A stretch of DNA of 64,000 nucleotides from Acidobacteriota bacterium (GCA_963666215.2 CAXWPL010000005.1:576001-640000), one strand, 5' to 3'; positions 37,741 through 49,667 are shown, counted from the stretch's first letter. The notes: generated by a model not told the origin, from the sequence alone. Numbers and translations are program-made.

Positions 37741-39084
37741 CTACTGATGCCCGCTCGCCGACGGCGTCACCGAGCCCGGCAGGAAGGAAGGTGCGGCAAG
37801 ACCGTCGTCAAGAAGGAGTCCTTCGATCGTCGCGATCGCGACCCATGTCTCACCCAGCGCCTCGATGTACTCCTGCTCCGCCTGGAACAGCGTGCGCTGG
37901 GCGATCAGCACCTGCGGGAAGGAGGCCGCCATGCGCTGGTGGCTGGCGACGAAGAGCTCGTAGGCCTCGTTGGCCGCCGGCAGGATCTCGTCGCGGTACA
38001 CGGTGACCGCTTCGCGGCCCTCTTCATAGAGCGCGAACACCTGCGCGAGGCGACTTCGAATGGTCAGCTCGATGCGGCGAATCTCGTCGACCGCCAGCTC
38101 GCGCATCGCCAGCGCCGCGGCGATGTTGCCTTGATTGCGATCGGAAACCGGCAGCTCCAGCCGAACGCCGAACTGCGCCTGCCAGCCAACCGCCTCCACG
38201 CCGACATCCAGGCGATCGCTGTTCCACCCGAAGCCGCCGAGCAGGCTCAGGTCGGGTTTCCCCTCGGCGCGAGCACTTCGCACAACCGCTTCGGCGCGCT
38301 CCAGGTCCTTGTGACCCAGCTCTGTTTGCGGGCTGCGCTCGAAGATATCGGCGAGGAGAGCCGAGAATTCGAGCCTCGGGATCTCGGTCTCGAGTGAGCC
38401 TTCGAGCGACGCCGCCGCGACCTCACCTACTCCCACTACGGCGGCGAGCTGGCTTCGCACGCGCGACCGCTGGGCACGGGCGCGCTCGAGATCGAGCCCT
38501 GCGCGCCGCGCCTGGATCTGAGCCTCCAGCAGGTCGGGGCGAGCGGCAGCACCCGTGTTCATGAGCTGGCGCGTGATCTCCACCGCCTGCTCGGCGAGCC
38601 CGGTGAGCCGCGTTCGCACATCAACCCGCCGATCGGCGGCCAACGCCGCGTAGTAGTGGGCGCGCACGTCGGTGAGAACGCGGAGCTTTCGAGCCTCCAC
38701 TTCGATTCCGGCCAGATCCTCCTCGCGCGCCGCGACCTCGGTGCGCTGTCGACGCTTGCCGCCGAGCAGGATCGGCTGCTCGACGAAGAACATGTGCGTC
38801 GTGCTTTCGCCGGGCCGCTTGAAGGCAATCTCGTGTCCCTCGTAGCCAATCGCCGGATTAGGGCGCAACTGAGCCTGGAGTCGCTCGCCCACCGCCGCCC
38901 GGTACGCCGCCGACGCCTGAGCGATAGTCGGATTGTTCGCCAGCGCGAGCTCCTCGAGCTGGTCGCGATCGAAGCTCGCTGGCTCCTGCTGCGCTGCGGC
39001 GGCCGACACGAACGCCAGCGAGATGGCCAGCGCCACAACGCGGCCGGTAGCGGCTCCGAAACCCGTCGGCATCGAGCGGCTCAT
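37741..39084 (-). CDS. TolC/CzcC-family outer membrane efflux protein
   Basis: Signal peptide, LALANNP, RPNP, EQPI.LGGKR, LPVSDRNQGNI. ATGA overlap with the oxidase gene. Confidence 0.9.
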   Translation of the reverse strand: MSRSMPTGFGAATGRVVALAISLAFVSAAAAQQEPASFDRDQLEELALANNPTIAQASAAYRAAVGERLQAQLRPNPAIGYEGHEIAFKRPGESTTHMFFVEQPILLGGKRRQRTEVAAREEDLAGIEVEARKLRVLTDVRAHYYAALAADRRVDVRTRLTGLAEQAVEITRQLMNTGAAARPDLLEAQIQARRAGLDLERARAQRSRVRSQLAAVVGVGEVAAASLEGSLETEIPRLEFSALLADIFERSPQTELGHKDLERAEAVVRSARAEGKPDLSLLGGFGWNSDRLDVGVEAVGWQAQFGVRLELPVSDRNQGNIAAALAMRELAVDEIRRIELTIRSRLAQVFALYEEGREAVTVYRDEILPAANEAYELFVASHQRMAASFPQVLIAQRTLFQAEQEYIEALGETWVAIATIEGLLLDDGLAAPSFLPGSVTPSASGHQ

Positions 39085-40502
39085 CGTGAACCTCCGTTCG
39101 AGGCGCTCTTTGCCGCGGCAGCGTCGGCCCGCAGTTGCTGCACTCGATCGTAGAGGTCGGGCTCGAGAACCCGGACGATGGTCATCATGCCCATCACACC
39201 GCCGCTCCAGGTTGGCCGCATGCCGAAGGTCTCGGGCTTGGCCACCATCTGGTCCATCACCATGAAGTGGTCCTGGGGGAATCCAGGAACCGCGAGTGCC
39301 CCTTGCCCCGCGTCCGCCGGCGCGTCGTGGCCGGCGTTCTCCTGCATCCCGCGGTTGCCCACCAGCCGGTCACGCATGGCGCCGAGGCCGATGGCTCTGC
39401 CCATTGACGGGCCGTTGTCGTCGGAGATTGCGGCGCCCTCCGCCACCCCCATCCCCGGAGCCATGTCTCCACCCGTGCGCTGGCCGTGGCCGGCCGCTGC
39501 AATGGGGCCAACCATCGATGCCATGTGATTCATCATGTGATGCGGCAGATGACAGTGGAGCATCCAGTCGCCCGGGTTGTTGGCCACGAACTCCACGTCG
39601 CGTGCCTGCGCTACACCCACGAGCTCCGTGTTGCCCGGTGTCCAGGCGGCCTCGGGAATGCGACCACCCTCGGTACCGGTTGTCACCCAGGTATGCCCGT
39701 GGAGATGCATCGGATGGTGATCCATCCCTAGATTGACGAAGCGCAACCTCACCCGATCTCCGAGCCGCGCGATGAGGGGTGTGGTGTGCGGTCCCGATCG
39801 ACCGTTCAGTGTGAGCCAGTTGAACTCCATGGCGAGCGAGTTGGGCACGGAGTTGTCGGGCAATACGGCCCATTCCTGCAGCAGGATCGCGAAGTCCTTG
39901 TCGACCCGTGGCTGATGTTCGGTTTGCGGGTGAATGATGAACATGCCCACCATGCCCATCATTTCCTGCATCGCCATGTGCGAGTGGTAGAAGAACGTGC
40001 CGTGCTGGTGGAGCTCGAACTCATACACGAAGCTGCCACCGGGCTCGATTGGGTCCTGGGTCACGCCCGGCACGCCGTCCATCGCGATTGGCACCTCGAG
40101 ACCGTGCCAATGCATCGACGTGATCTCAGGCAGACGGTTCTCGAAGACGACGCGAACCCGGTCGCCCTGATTGACCTCGATGGTCGGGCCAGGCATCTGA
40201 CCGTTGTAGCCCCAAACGTCGAAGCGCCAGCCGGGCAGGAACGTCCGCTGACAAACCTCGGCGATCAACCGGAAGACCTTGACGTCGCCATCCATCGTGT
40301 GCGGCATCTTGGCGACATCGGGCATATGGACACCAAGTGGAGCATCGAAGCTCGCGAGCTCCGCGGGACCCAGGAGGTTGTCCCAATCGGCGGCGCTGAC
40401 TGGCCGCGCGGGCGCCGCCAACTCGGCCATCGCTTCTCCATGCGACAGGGCCGCGAAGGCGCTGAGCGCGCCGCCGGCGAGAAAGTTTCTTCGGTTGCTC
40501 AT
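39081..40502 (-). CDS. Tat-exported multicopper oxidase
   Basis: SNRRNFL Tat motif. HWHG, FYHSH, HPMHLHGH, HCHLPHHM copper ligands. Met-rich tail. Confidence 0.93.
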   Translation of the reverse strand: MSNRRNFLAGGALSAFAALSHGEAMAELAAPARPVSAADWDNLLGPAELASFDAPLGVHMPDVAKMPHTMDGDVKVFRLIAEVCQRTFLPGWRFDVWGYNGQMPGPTIEVNQGDRVRVVFENRLPEITSMHWHGLEVPIAMDGVPGVTQDPIEPGGSFVYEFELHQHGTFFYHSHMAMQEMMGMVGMFIIHPQTEHQPRVDKDFAILLQEWAVLPDNSVPNSLAMEFNWLTLNGRSGPHTTPLIARLGDRVRLRFVNLGMDHHPMHLHGHTWVTTGTEGGRIPEAAWTPGNTELVGVAQARDVEFVANNPGDWMLHCHLPHHMMNHMASMVGPIAAAGHGQRTGGDMAPGMGVAEGAAISDDNGPSMGRAIGLGAMRDRLVGNRGMQENAGHDAPADAGQGALAVPGFPQDHFMVMDQMVAKPETFGMRPTWSGGVMGMMTIVRVLEPDLYDRVQQLRADAAAAKSASNGGSR

Positions 40503-40544
40503 CGGAGCGTGACTCCACAATCGGAAGGAACAGCATGGACGCTG

Positions 40545-40568
40545 CGTCGATTCTCGCGAGAATCGACG
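40545..40568. repeat. Perfect 24-bp palindrome in the oxidase leader
   Basis: CGTCGATTCTCG CGAGAATCGACG. Confidence 0.85.
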
Positions 40569-40645
40569 AGGAAGGTCGAGATCGAGCAGTTGCGCGGGCG
40601 GCCGAGAATCATCAGCCTGCTGCTACGACCGCCGCGGGGCGCGCC

Positions 40646-41110
40646 TCAGATCAGCGGCACGTGCTCGATTGCGAGCGGGTCGGACACGGAAGCACGCGCC
40701 GGCGCGATCCAGGCCGGGCGCGACTCACCGGGCCGAGAGGCACCCGTCACGGGTGTCCTCAGGTCGACGAGCTCACAACCGCTAGCGCACGGCGTCAGTA
40801 CGATCGGTGGCTCGGGAGCGTGGCCCGCCGGATGGCCGACGTGCACTGCCGACTCAGTCGACTCCGGCGACGCGAACTGTGCGGAAGGCACCCCTGGCTC
40901 TGGGTGGATATCCGTCGAGTGTCGCGCATGAGCGCCCGCGACACTGACCTCCGGCGTGGTTTCAGCGTTCGCCGACTCTGGCGCGCAGTGCGACCTGGAA
41001 CCGGGCATGGCGCACGGCAGCACGTTGGCGACGCCCAACAGCGCAATCATCACCGCCGACAGGGCGCGGCCCACCCAGGGAGTCGAGATTCTTGCCAGGC
41101 GACAGCTCAT
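40646..41110 (-). CDS. His/Cys/Pro-rich exported leader protein (CutF/DUF2946-like)
   Basis: Hydrophobic signal-like segment, His-rich linker, CASGC, C-terminal EHVPLI. First gene of the copper operon. Confidence 0.55.
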   Translation of the reverse strand: MSCRLARISTPWVGRALSAVMIALLGVANVLPCAMPGSRSHCAPESANAETTPEVSVAGAHARHSTDIHPEPGVPSAQFASPESTESAVHVGHPAGHAPEPPIVLTPCASGCELVDLRTPVTGASRPGESRPAWIAPARASVSDPLAIEHVPLI

Positions 41111-41237
41111 GCTACAGGGCGCTTCCTTCCGTTGCGGCGAGTATAGCCCCCACCTGAAAGGCCCCGTTCGAGGCAGGGTCGAGCCGGCGGCGGAGTTGAC
41201 TTGCTCCGGCGTGTGCTGCATCTTCACTAAGATCCTT

Positions 41238-41320
41238 ATGGAAAGGGTCTGATGGAAGGGTCTGCTAGAAAGAGCCTGATGGAAAGATCCAAGAAAAGAG
41301 CGGCCAGGTAGAAAGATCGG
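41238..41320 (+). repeat. Degenerate ~14-bp purine-rich tandem repeats upstream of the third padR
   Basis: ATGGAAAGGGTCTG, ATGGAAGGGTCTG, CTAGAAAGAGCCTG, ATGGAAAGATCC, later GTAGAAAGATCGG. Confidence 0.65.
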
Positions 41321-41351
41321 AGATGAGAACCTCCGAACGGGATGGTGTGGC

Positions 41352-41702
41352 ATGAAGAACGCCGATCGAGGGCTGGCGCTGGTCAAGGGCACGCTCGACC
41401 TGCTGGTGCTCACCGCTCTGAGTGGCGCGCGCATGCACGGCTACGGCATCGCGTCGTGGCTCGAGGAGCACTCGGGAGGAACCCTCGGCGTTGAAGACAG
41501 CGCGATCTATCAAGCGTTGCACCGCCTGCAGGGGCGGCGACTGGTCGAGGCCGAGTGGGGTGTCTCCGAGAACAACCGTCGAGCACGCTACTACCGGCTA
41601 ACACCGCGTGGACGCGAGGAGCTGGCAAGCGAGGCCGGCACTTGGGAGCGCTATGTGGCGTCGGTCACAGCGATTCTGGCTCTCGGCGTCGCGGCCGACT
41701 AG
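41352..41702 (+). CDS. Acidobacterial-type PadR regulator
   Basis: KGTLDLLVL.AL..MHGYGIA, YQALHRL, EWGVSENNRRARYYRLT..G. Confidence 0.93.
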   Translation: MKNADRGLALVKGTLDLLVLTALSGARMHGYGIASWLEEHSGGTLGVEDSAIYQALHRLQGRRLVEAEWGVSENNRRARYYRLTPRGREELASEAGTWERYVASVTAILALGVAAD

Positions 41703-41796
41703 GGCTCAACCGATGGAGCTCTCGAACCTGCTGATCGCGCTTGTCTCTGTGGCCTCGCTCTTGGTTGTGGCCTTCCTGATCTCCCGCTTCGGTTTC

Positions 41797-42095
41797 GGCT
41801 CCCGACTGACACCCAGGGCAAGCTCCTCGAGGTGTTCCTCGAGCAGCTGCTTGAGACGGAACATGACGCGGGCGCGCTGCACCGCCGGAATCGCGCGCCA
41901 CGCCGGAAAAGCGTCGCGCGCCGCTGCGACGGCTTGGCCGACCTCGCGAGCAGGCGACAGCGGCACACGGGCCAGCCGCTCGCCGGTTGCCGGATCGGTG
42001 ATCAGCAGCTCGTCCGAGCCGCGACTCTCAACCCATTCACCGCCGATGAAGTTCCGCAGCAGAGGACCGTCGGTGGTCGGCGAGGGAGTGGGCAA
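41797..42095 (-). pseudogene. N-terminal fragment of an aldehyde dehydrogenase (methylmalonate-semialdehyde dehydrogenase-like)
   Basis: NFIGGEWV, DPATGE..ARVPL, AARDAFPAW...P..QRARVMFR.KQLLE. Breaks after VSRE where HGK is expected. Confidence 0.8.
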
Positions 42096-42133
42096 AGGGG
42101 ATTCGCTCTCGAGGCCGGGCGCTCGGTGCGCCG

Positions 42134-42709
42134 TCAGGCGCGGGCGCTACCGCGGGCCGAACTGCGGCGCCGCACACCACGGATCAGAAAATAGAGGACG
42201 CCCACCACCACTGTGAAGGTGACGACGGGGATGAACAGCGACATGACGGCCGCGGAGAAGCTGACGGCGTCTTCGGTGAAGCTGATCACGGGTGTAGCCA
42301 GCCCAGCCGTGCCGCCAGTGGACAGAATTCGCAACCCGGCCTTGGCGGTGTGAACACCGGCGGCGACCGAACCTCCCATGACGATCCCCACAACCGCGGC
42401 CGTGATGGGATCGAGCGCTGTCAGCGGCGACGCGGCGGCGATGGCGCCCGCGACAGGCCGCGCCAACGTGCCGGTGACATCGAGGGCGTGGTCCACCACC
42501 GGAATCTTGTCGCCCAACATCTCGATCACCACGGCAACGGCCAGCACTGTTAGCGCCGGGGTGGACCCGAGCCACTCGAACGAGGGCAAGAGGGGGATAA
42601 CCTCGAAGCGGCCAGCCGCGCCCACCACCAGAAGCGGCAAGAAGGCACGCAGCCCGGCGCTTGCCGCCAGCCCGACGCCCATCATCAGCTGCCAGGTGAT
42701 CTCGACCAT
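42134..42709 (-). CDS. DUF4126-family membrane protein
   Basis: GLAASAGLRAFLPL, E.LGDKIPVVDHALD, R.LST..T.G...P.IS..ED. Confidence 0.85.
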   Translation of the reverse strand: MVEITWQLMMGVGLAASAGLRAFLPLLVVGAAGRFEVIPLLPSFEWLGSTPALTVLAVAVVIEMLGDKIPVVDHALDVTGTLARPVAGAIAAASPLTALDPITAAVVGIVMGGSVAAGVHTAKAGLRILSTGGTAGLATPVISFTEDAVSFSAAVMSLFIPVVTFTVVVGVLYFLIRGVRRRSSARGSARA

Positions 42710-42794
42710 AGCGAAGATTGTAACAGCGCCTCGGGCAAGCCTGGGCCTGGCCGCCGAGCCTTGGAGCGTCAAGGCAGACCCACGCCCCGGGCTG

Positions 42795-43535
42795 TCAGGT
42801 CGCTGAGCTCGCGAACAGAGACGTAGTCGCCCGCAGCGCGGCCACGATTTGATCGGCAATCCGCAGCAACGCGGCACGGTCACCCGCGTAGCTCTGGTTG
42901 ATCTCGAGCTCGATGCCAACGAATGTCGATGGATCTCGAGGCCGGCGGAGCGCCGGCAAGATGCCATCTGCGGTACCGCTATAGGGCCTGTTGAACCAAA
43001 CGACGAGGTCGGTGTGGCTGGTGAGCTCTTCCCGGAGCTCGCTGGCCACCCGCCGCTCGATTCCATAACGCGGATCGAAGAGCAATCCGATGTCGTTACC
43101 GCGCACGCGACCGGCAAGCGCGGGTGTGTAGGTGTGCACACACAGGTGGACGCAGCGCCCTTCGCGCGCCACGATCGCGTCGACGCCGGCGGAGACCGCG
43201 TCACGATAAGGGCGCCAGTAGCGCTCGACGCGTGCCGCGCGAGCGGCCGCCGACAAACCGTAGTTGAAAGGAACCCGGTGGCCGTCCGACACCCGACGGA
43301 TCAGTTGCCGATTGTCGACGCTGCGATTGAGGTCCACCAGCAAGCGCGTGTGCTTGCCGAGGTGCAGCGGCGCGTCGAAGTGCGCGGCGATGCGACGCGA
43401 GATTGTTTCGGCGCCCGGATCGTAAGCGATGTGCAGGTCGAGCAGGCGCGGGTCGAGCTCGAAGTCAGGCCCGCCAGGCAGGCGATTCGAGGCATGCTCG
43501 CAGGAGACGAGGATCTGGCGCGGTGAAATGCTCAT
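42795..43535 (-). CDS. N-formylglutamate amidohydrolase family protein
   Basis: SCEHASN..P, HIAYDPGA, RLLVDLNRS, YWRPY, HTYTP, NRPYSG, ELEINQ. Confidence 0.88.
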   Translation of the reverse strand: MSISPRQILVSCEHASNRLPGGPDFELDPRLLDLHIAYDPGAETISRRIAAHFDAPLHLGKHTRLLVDLNRSVDNRQLIRRVSDGHRVPFNYGLSAAARAARVERYWRPYRDAVSAGVDAIVAREGRCVHLCVHTYTPALAGRVRGNDIGLLFDPRYGIERRVASELREELTSHTDLVVWFNRPYSGTADGILPALRRPRDPSTFVGIELEINQSYAGDRAALLRIADQIVAALRATTSLFASSAT

Positions 43536-43786
43536 GGCGGAAGGCGGCGTATTGTAGCGTCGGCACCTGAAGGCCGCTGCCCCGGCGCCCTCGCAGCGGA
43601 TGCCGCCACTCGCTTGCTGATCCCGCCGATAACGGAAACAGCCAGCAGGAAACGCCGAGGAGCCTGGTGCACGCACGATCCGGCCCAAGCGCGACGGCTG
43701 GCAAGCCGACGGCAGCAAGAGCGGCGGCGGAAGCCACGACGGCAGACGCGCCGGACGGGCGCGCCGCGCCTCAACCTACGGTCGCC

Positions 43787-45097
43787 ATGAACATTGCCGG
43801 CCCGAGCTCCGAAGACGGGCCTGCGGACGTGCCGGCGTTCGGCGTGGCCATGGTGATTCAGCGCTTTCGCCCGCAATTCACCGGCCAGGGTGTGCAGCTG
43901 GAGCAGCTCTGCAGGGCGCTCGCGCGGCGTGGTCACCGCCCCCTCATCATCACCGCCTCGCGCGGCAACGCCCAACGCCTCGAGCGTACGTTGGGCGTCG
44001 AGATACGCCGTGTGGGCTGCGCTTTCGGGCTGCTGTCGCGTTCGCCACTCGGCAACCGCGTGTGGAAACCGCTCTTTGCGCTCGGTTGCGCTCTGACCCT
44101 GTGGCGACAGCGGCGAAGCCTCGACGTCATTCACGTCCACGCACTCACCGACGCGCTCTACAGCAGCCGTGCGGTGGGGCGACTACTGGGTATCCCGGTC
44201 ATATTCGAGATGACGCTGGTGGGGGACGACGACCCTGCCTCGGTGGAGCAACGCGCGCGCCTGTTTGCGCGCTGGCGTTACCGCGTTTATCGGGGTTGCA
44301 ACGCGTCCGTTGCCATGTCGCGTGCCCTGGCCGAGGCGTATCGGGCCGCCGGACTGCCCGCCGAACGGCTGCGGCTGATCCCCCAAGGCGTTGATACGCA
44401 CCGTTTTCGGCCGGCCGGCTCTGCAGCTGAGCGCCGCGACGCGCGTCGGCAGCTGGAGGTGCCCGACGGCGGGCCGCTGGTGGCCTTCGTGGGAACCCTC
44501 GGCCGACGAAAAGGAATCGATCTTCTCCTCGAGGCATGGGAGAAGATCCACGCTCGGGTGCCACAAGCCCGCCTGCTGCTCGTCGGCCCCGACGACAGCC
44601 CCGCGGCGAGGACCGAGCAAGGGTTCACCGATCGGCTCGAAGCGCTCCGGCAGCGGAGCCCCAACGCCGCTGCCCGAATTCAAACGACGGGGGTGCGCGC
44701 CGATCCGGAGCTGTGCCTTCGGGCTGCAGACCTTTTCGTGTTCCCGTCGCGCCGTGAGGGATTCGGGTCGGTGATCATCGAAGCGATGGCAACCGGTTTG
44801 GCGTGCGTTGTTGCCGATCTTCCCGGAATCACCGACTGGATTCTCGAGCGCCCGGCCAACGTCGAAGTCGCTACAGATCAGGCCACTCCGGATGGTGTCG
44901 TGGTTCCGCAGAACGACGCCAGCGCTCTGGCCCGCGCAGCCACCCGCCTGCTCACAGACGAGGCACTGCGGACAGCTATCGGGACGGCGGCGCGCAGCCG
45001 CGCGCTCGATCGCTTCGGGCTCGACCGCGTCGCTGGCGAATATGTGTCGTTGTACGCCCATCTCGTCGAGCAAACCATCGCAGGCGCCGGCGCATGA
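43787..45097 (+). CDS. GT4 glycosyltransferase
   Basis: IPQGVD..RF, FVG.L..RKG.D.L, FVFPSRREGFG.VIIEAMA.G. Start uncertain. Confidence 0.9.
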   Translation: MNIAGPSSEDGPADVPAFGVAMVIQRFRPQFTGQGVQLEQLCRALARRGHRPLIITASRGNAQRLERTLGVEIRRVGCAFGLLSRSPLGNRVWKPLFALGCALTLWRQRRSLDVIHVHALTDALYSSRAVGRLLGIPVIFEMTLVGDDDPASVEQRARLFARWRYRVYRGCNASVAMSRALAEAYRAAGLPAERLRLIPQGVDTHRFRPAGSAAERRDARRQLEVPDGGPLVAFVGTLGRRKGIDLLLEAWEKIHARVPQARLLLVGPDDSPAARTEQGFTDRLEALRQRSPNAAARIQTTGVRADPELCLRAADLFVFPSRREGFGSVIIEAMATGLACVVADLPGITDWILERPANVEVATDQATPDGVVVPQNDASALARAATRLLTDEALRTAIGTAARSRALDRFGLDRVAGEYVSLYAHLVEQTIAGAGA

Positions 45098-46767
45098 CCG
45101 AGCCCACAGTTCCGGACACCGGGAATACCCACAGCCTCGAGGAGATCGACGGGCCGCCGCGAGCCTCCCTGGAGGACAGCGGAGCGCAGGACGAGCGCGA
45201 CGCTACCGAAGCGGGCGACAACGGATTGCTGCAACCGGTGTCGCGGGCGATGTTCTGGAACGCGTCGTTGCTCCCGGTGACAGCGATTCTCACACTCGCC
45301 GCCTCGATCTTGATTCGGCGACGCTTCGGGCTCGAATCGGCGCTGTACGACTACGCGCTGGGGCTAGTGAACACGGTCCTGTTCTTTTCGAGCTTCGGTA
45401 TCCACCACAGCTTCGGACGCTTTGTGCCAGTGGTGGAGGCTCACGGTGGGCGCGCCGCGGTGGTGGGCTTGCTGCGCTACGGCGCCTCGATACGGCTTGC
45501 GGCGCTGGTCGTGCTGCTGACGCCGGCCGCTATCTTGGCGCGCCCTGTGGCCGCCTGGCTCGGATTCGACAGCGCGATATACGTCTACCTCGTTGCCCTG
45601 GTGGTGCTCGGCCGCGCGACAGTCGATCTCGTGGCCCGTGGGCTGCAGGCACTGTTCGCACATCTCTCGGCGAACCTCCTTCAGCTGTCACGCGCGGCGC
45701 TGATGCCGCTGCTGCTGGTGGCCATATTCATGGCCGGCTACGGCATGGTTGCCGTCCTGGTGGTGCTGGCGGCGGTCTCCGGATTCAACGTTGTCGTCGG
45801 GATTGGCATGCTCCGTCGGGCGCTGAACGCTGCCCGGCTGCGCCGCGGCGAAACACCCTCGGGCGCGCCCGCCACGGCGTTCGGATCGCATCTGGAGCCG
45901 CGGCGTTTCTGGTCGTTCAGCCTGTTCTTATACGTATTCGACCTGCTGAAGTACTGCACAACACCGGCGTTCGCGGCCGTCGCATTGGGTCTGACGCTCG
46001 AGGACCGCGGCCAGTTGGCGATTTTCGCCACGGCGGTGCAGTTCCCTCTGGTTGTCTCCACGCTGATGGTGTCGAGCTTTCAGGGTCTGTACCGACCGCT
46101 GTTCGGGCGCCTGTTGACGCTGGGCGACGCCGAGCGACTGCGCACGAGCTTCGTCGAGATGGCCAAGGTTCAAGCGGTGCTTCTGATCCCCGGCGGCGTC
46201 GGTTTGGCCATCATGGTCGGCGACTACGTAGCACTCCTGTTCCCTCCGGTGTTCGCGGCGAGCGTCCCCATCGCCCGAGTGCTGGTGCTCTTCATGGGCA
46301 CCGAAACGTTGTTCAACCTCGGGATGATCCTGCTATCGAGCGACGAGCGCTATCGCGACACGTTGGCTGCTCAGTCGATCCGACTGCTCGCCGCTCCTCT
46401 GTTTGTTGTCGCGGCGCGATCGCCCGGCGGCCTGCTCGCCGCCAGCGCGGTATTCGGTGGCGCCCGATTGTTGGCGCTTCTCGTGGCTCATGCATTGGCC
46501 CACAAGCGCTACGGCGTGCGCTTCCCGATAGGCTTCGTCGCACGCGCGGCACTACCGAGCCTGGCGATGGCTCTGGTGCTTCTGCCACTGCGCCGTGTGC
46601 TCCCGCCGACGGCGGCGAGCGCCGTTGGACTGACCCTGCTCGGCGCCCTGACCGTCCTGGTGGGAATGCGATGGTTCCGGGTGCTCGGTGCCCGCGAGCT
46701 CGACCTGTTGCGGCGCGCGCGGCTGCCCGGGATGACTCACGTGACCAGCTGGCTGAACAGCCGGTGA
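45094..46767 (+). CDS. Polysaccharide flippase-like (Wzx/MOP) membrane protein
   Basis: 12-14 hydrophobic segments. ATGA-coupled to the GT4 gene. Confidence 0.7.
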   Translation: MTEPTVPDTGNTHSLEEIDGPPRASLEDSGAQDERDATEAGDNGLLQPVSRAMFWNASLLPVTAILTLAASILIRRRFGLESALYDYALGLVNTVLFFSSFGIHHSFGRFVPVVEAHGGRAAVVGLLRYGASIRLAALVVLLTPAAILARPVAAWLGFDSAIYVYLVALVVLGRATVDLVARGLQALFAHLSANLLQLSRAALMPLLLVAIFMAGYGMVAVLVVLAAVSGFNVVVGIGMLRRALNAARLRRGETPSGAPATAFGSHLEPRRFWSFSLFLYVFDLLKYCTTPAFAAVALGLTLEDRGQLAIFATAVQFPLVVSTLMVSSFQGLYRPLFGRLLTLGDAERLRTSFVEMAKVQAVLLIPGGVGLAIMVGDYVALLFPPVFAASVPIARVLVLFMGTETLFNLGMILLSSDERYRDTLAAQSIRLLAAPLFVVAARSPGGLLAASAVFGGARLLALLVAHALAHKRYGVRFPIGFVARAALPSLAMALVLLPLRRVLPPTAASAVGLTLLGALTVLVGMRWFRVLGARELDLLRRARLPGMTHVTSWLNSR

Positions 46768-46893
46768 GGGCGGCCACCTACATCCCCTAGCCGGAGCCGG
46801 GCACGCGCGGCTGGGAGATGCGTCAGCAACTTGCCGAGCTGTTCGGCACTGCGATCGAGCGACGGCGGCCAGCAGGCTCGCTAACCTGCGGTC

Positions 46894-47238
46894 TCAGACG
46901 AATAGGCGAGCGATCCGCTGGCCGTCGCAGATCGCGGTGCCGTTGCTGCTCACCAGTACAACTGCGGCCGACCGTCGTCCGCGATCAAGCAGGCCGCGTA
47001 CCAGGCGCGCCGCCGTGTCCTGCAGGCTCGAGCGCGATTGCTGGTCGCACAGCGCGAAGAAGATCGGCGCGAAGCGCACCGTCACCTCGAAGCCGCGCAG
47101 CACGGCGTCCTCGGCCGGCTCGCGGGCGTCGACGCTCAGCGTGTAGATCGCCCCGCCGACCAGCGGATCGCTGTCGAGCGCCTGGATGATGCGGATCTGA
47201 AAAACCTCGCCCGCCACCTCATGTTCGTGGACCCTCAT
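46894..47238 (-). CDS. Hypothetical protein
   Basis: GAGGAG RBS before ATG, co-oriented downstream of ligA. Confidence 0.5.
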   Translation of the reverse strand: MRVHEHEVAGEVFQIRIIQALDSDPLVGGAIYTLSVDAREPAEDAVLRGFEVTVRFAPIFFALCDQQSRSSLQDTAARLVRGLLDRGRRSAAVVLVSSNGTAICDGQRIARLFV

Positions 47239-47277
47239 GTTGCTCCTCGCACCACCCTCGCCGCGGGCAAGGCGGTG

Positions 47278-49419
<2,142 letters not shown>

Positions 49420-49667
49420 CTACACCGGGTGGCGACAGCAGCGGGTGGAGCTGAACCGCGGCGACGTCGACGGATTTGATCGGGTCTGTGCCTTCGAGCC
49501 TGCGTGTTGACGAGCTCGAGGAGCGCAACAAGCCGGCTGAGCGCTACAGGCGCGCCGACGATATCGAAGCCGACTGAGCACGCGGCCTCGCGCTCGCAGG
49601 CCGTGAATGGTATCTCCAGGGTTCACCGTGCGCAGCATTGTCTTGAATCGACTCCAATGGAGACGCC

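Noticed and set aside
44808-46790. 660-aa overlapping ORF and other long alternate-frame or antisense ORFs (e.g. 10374-11948, 59280-60995)
   Set aside because: Arg/Ala/Gly/Pro-rich shadows expected in high-GC DNA, with no motifs.
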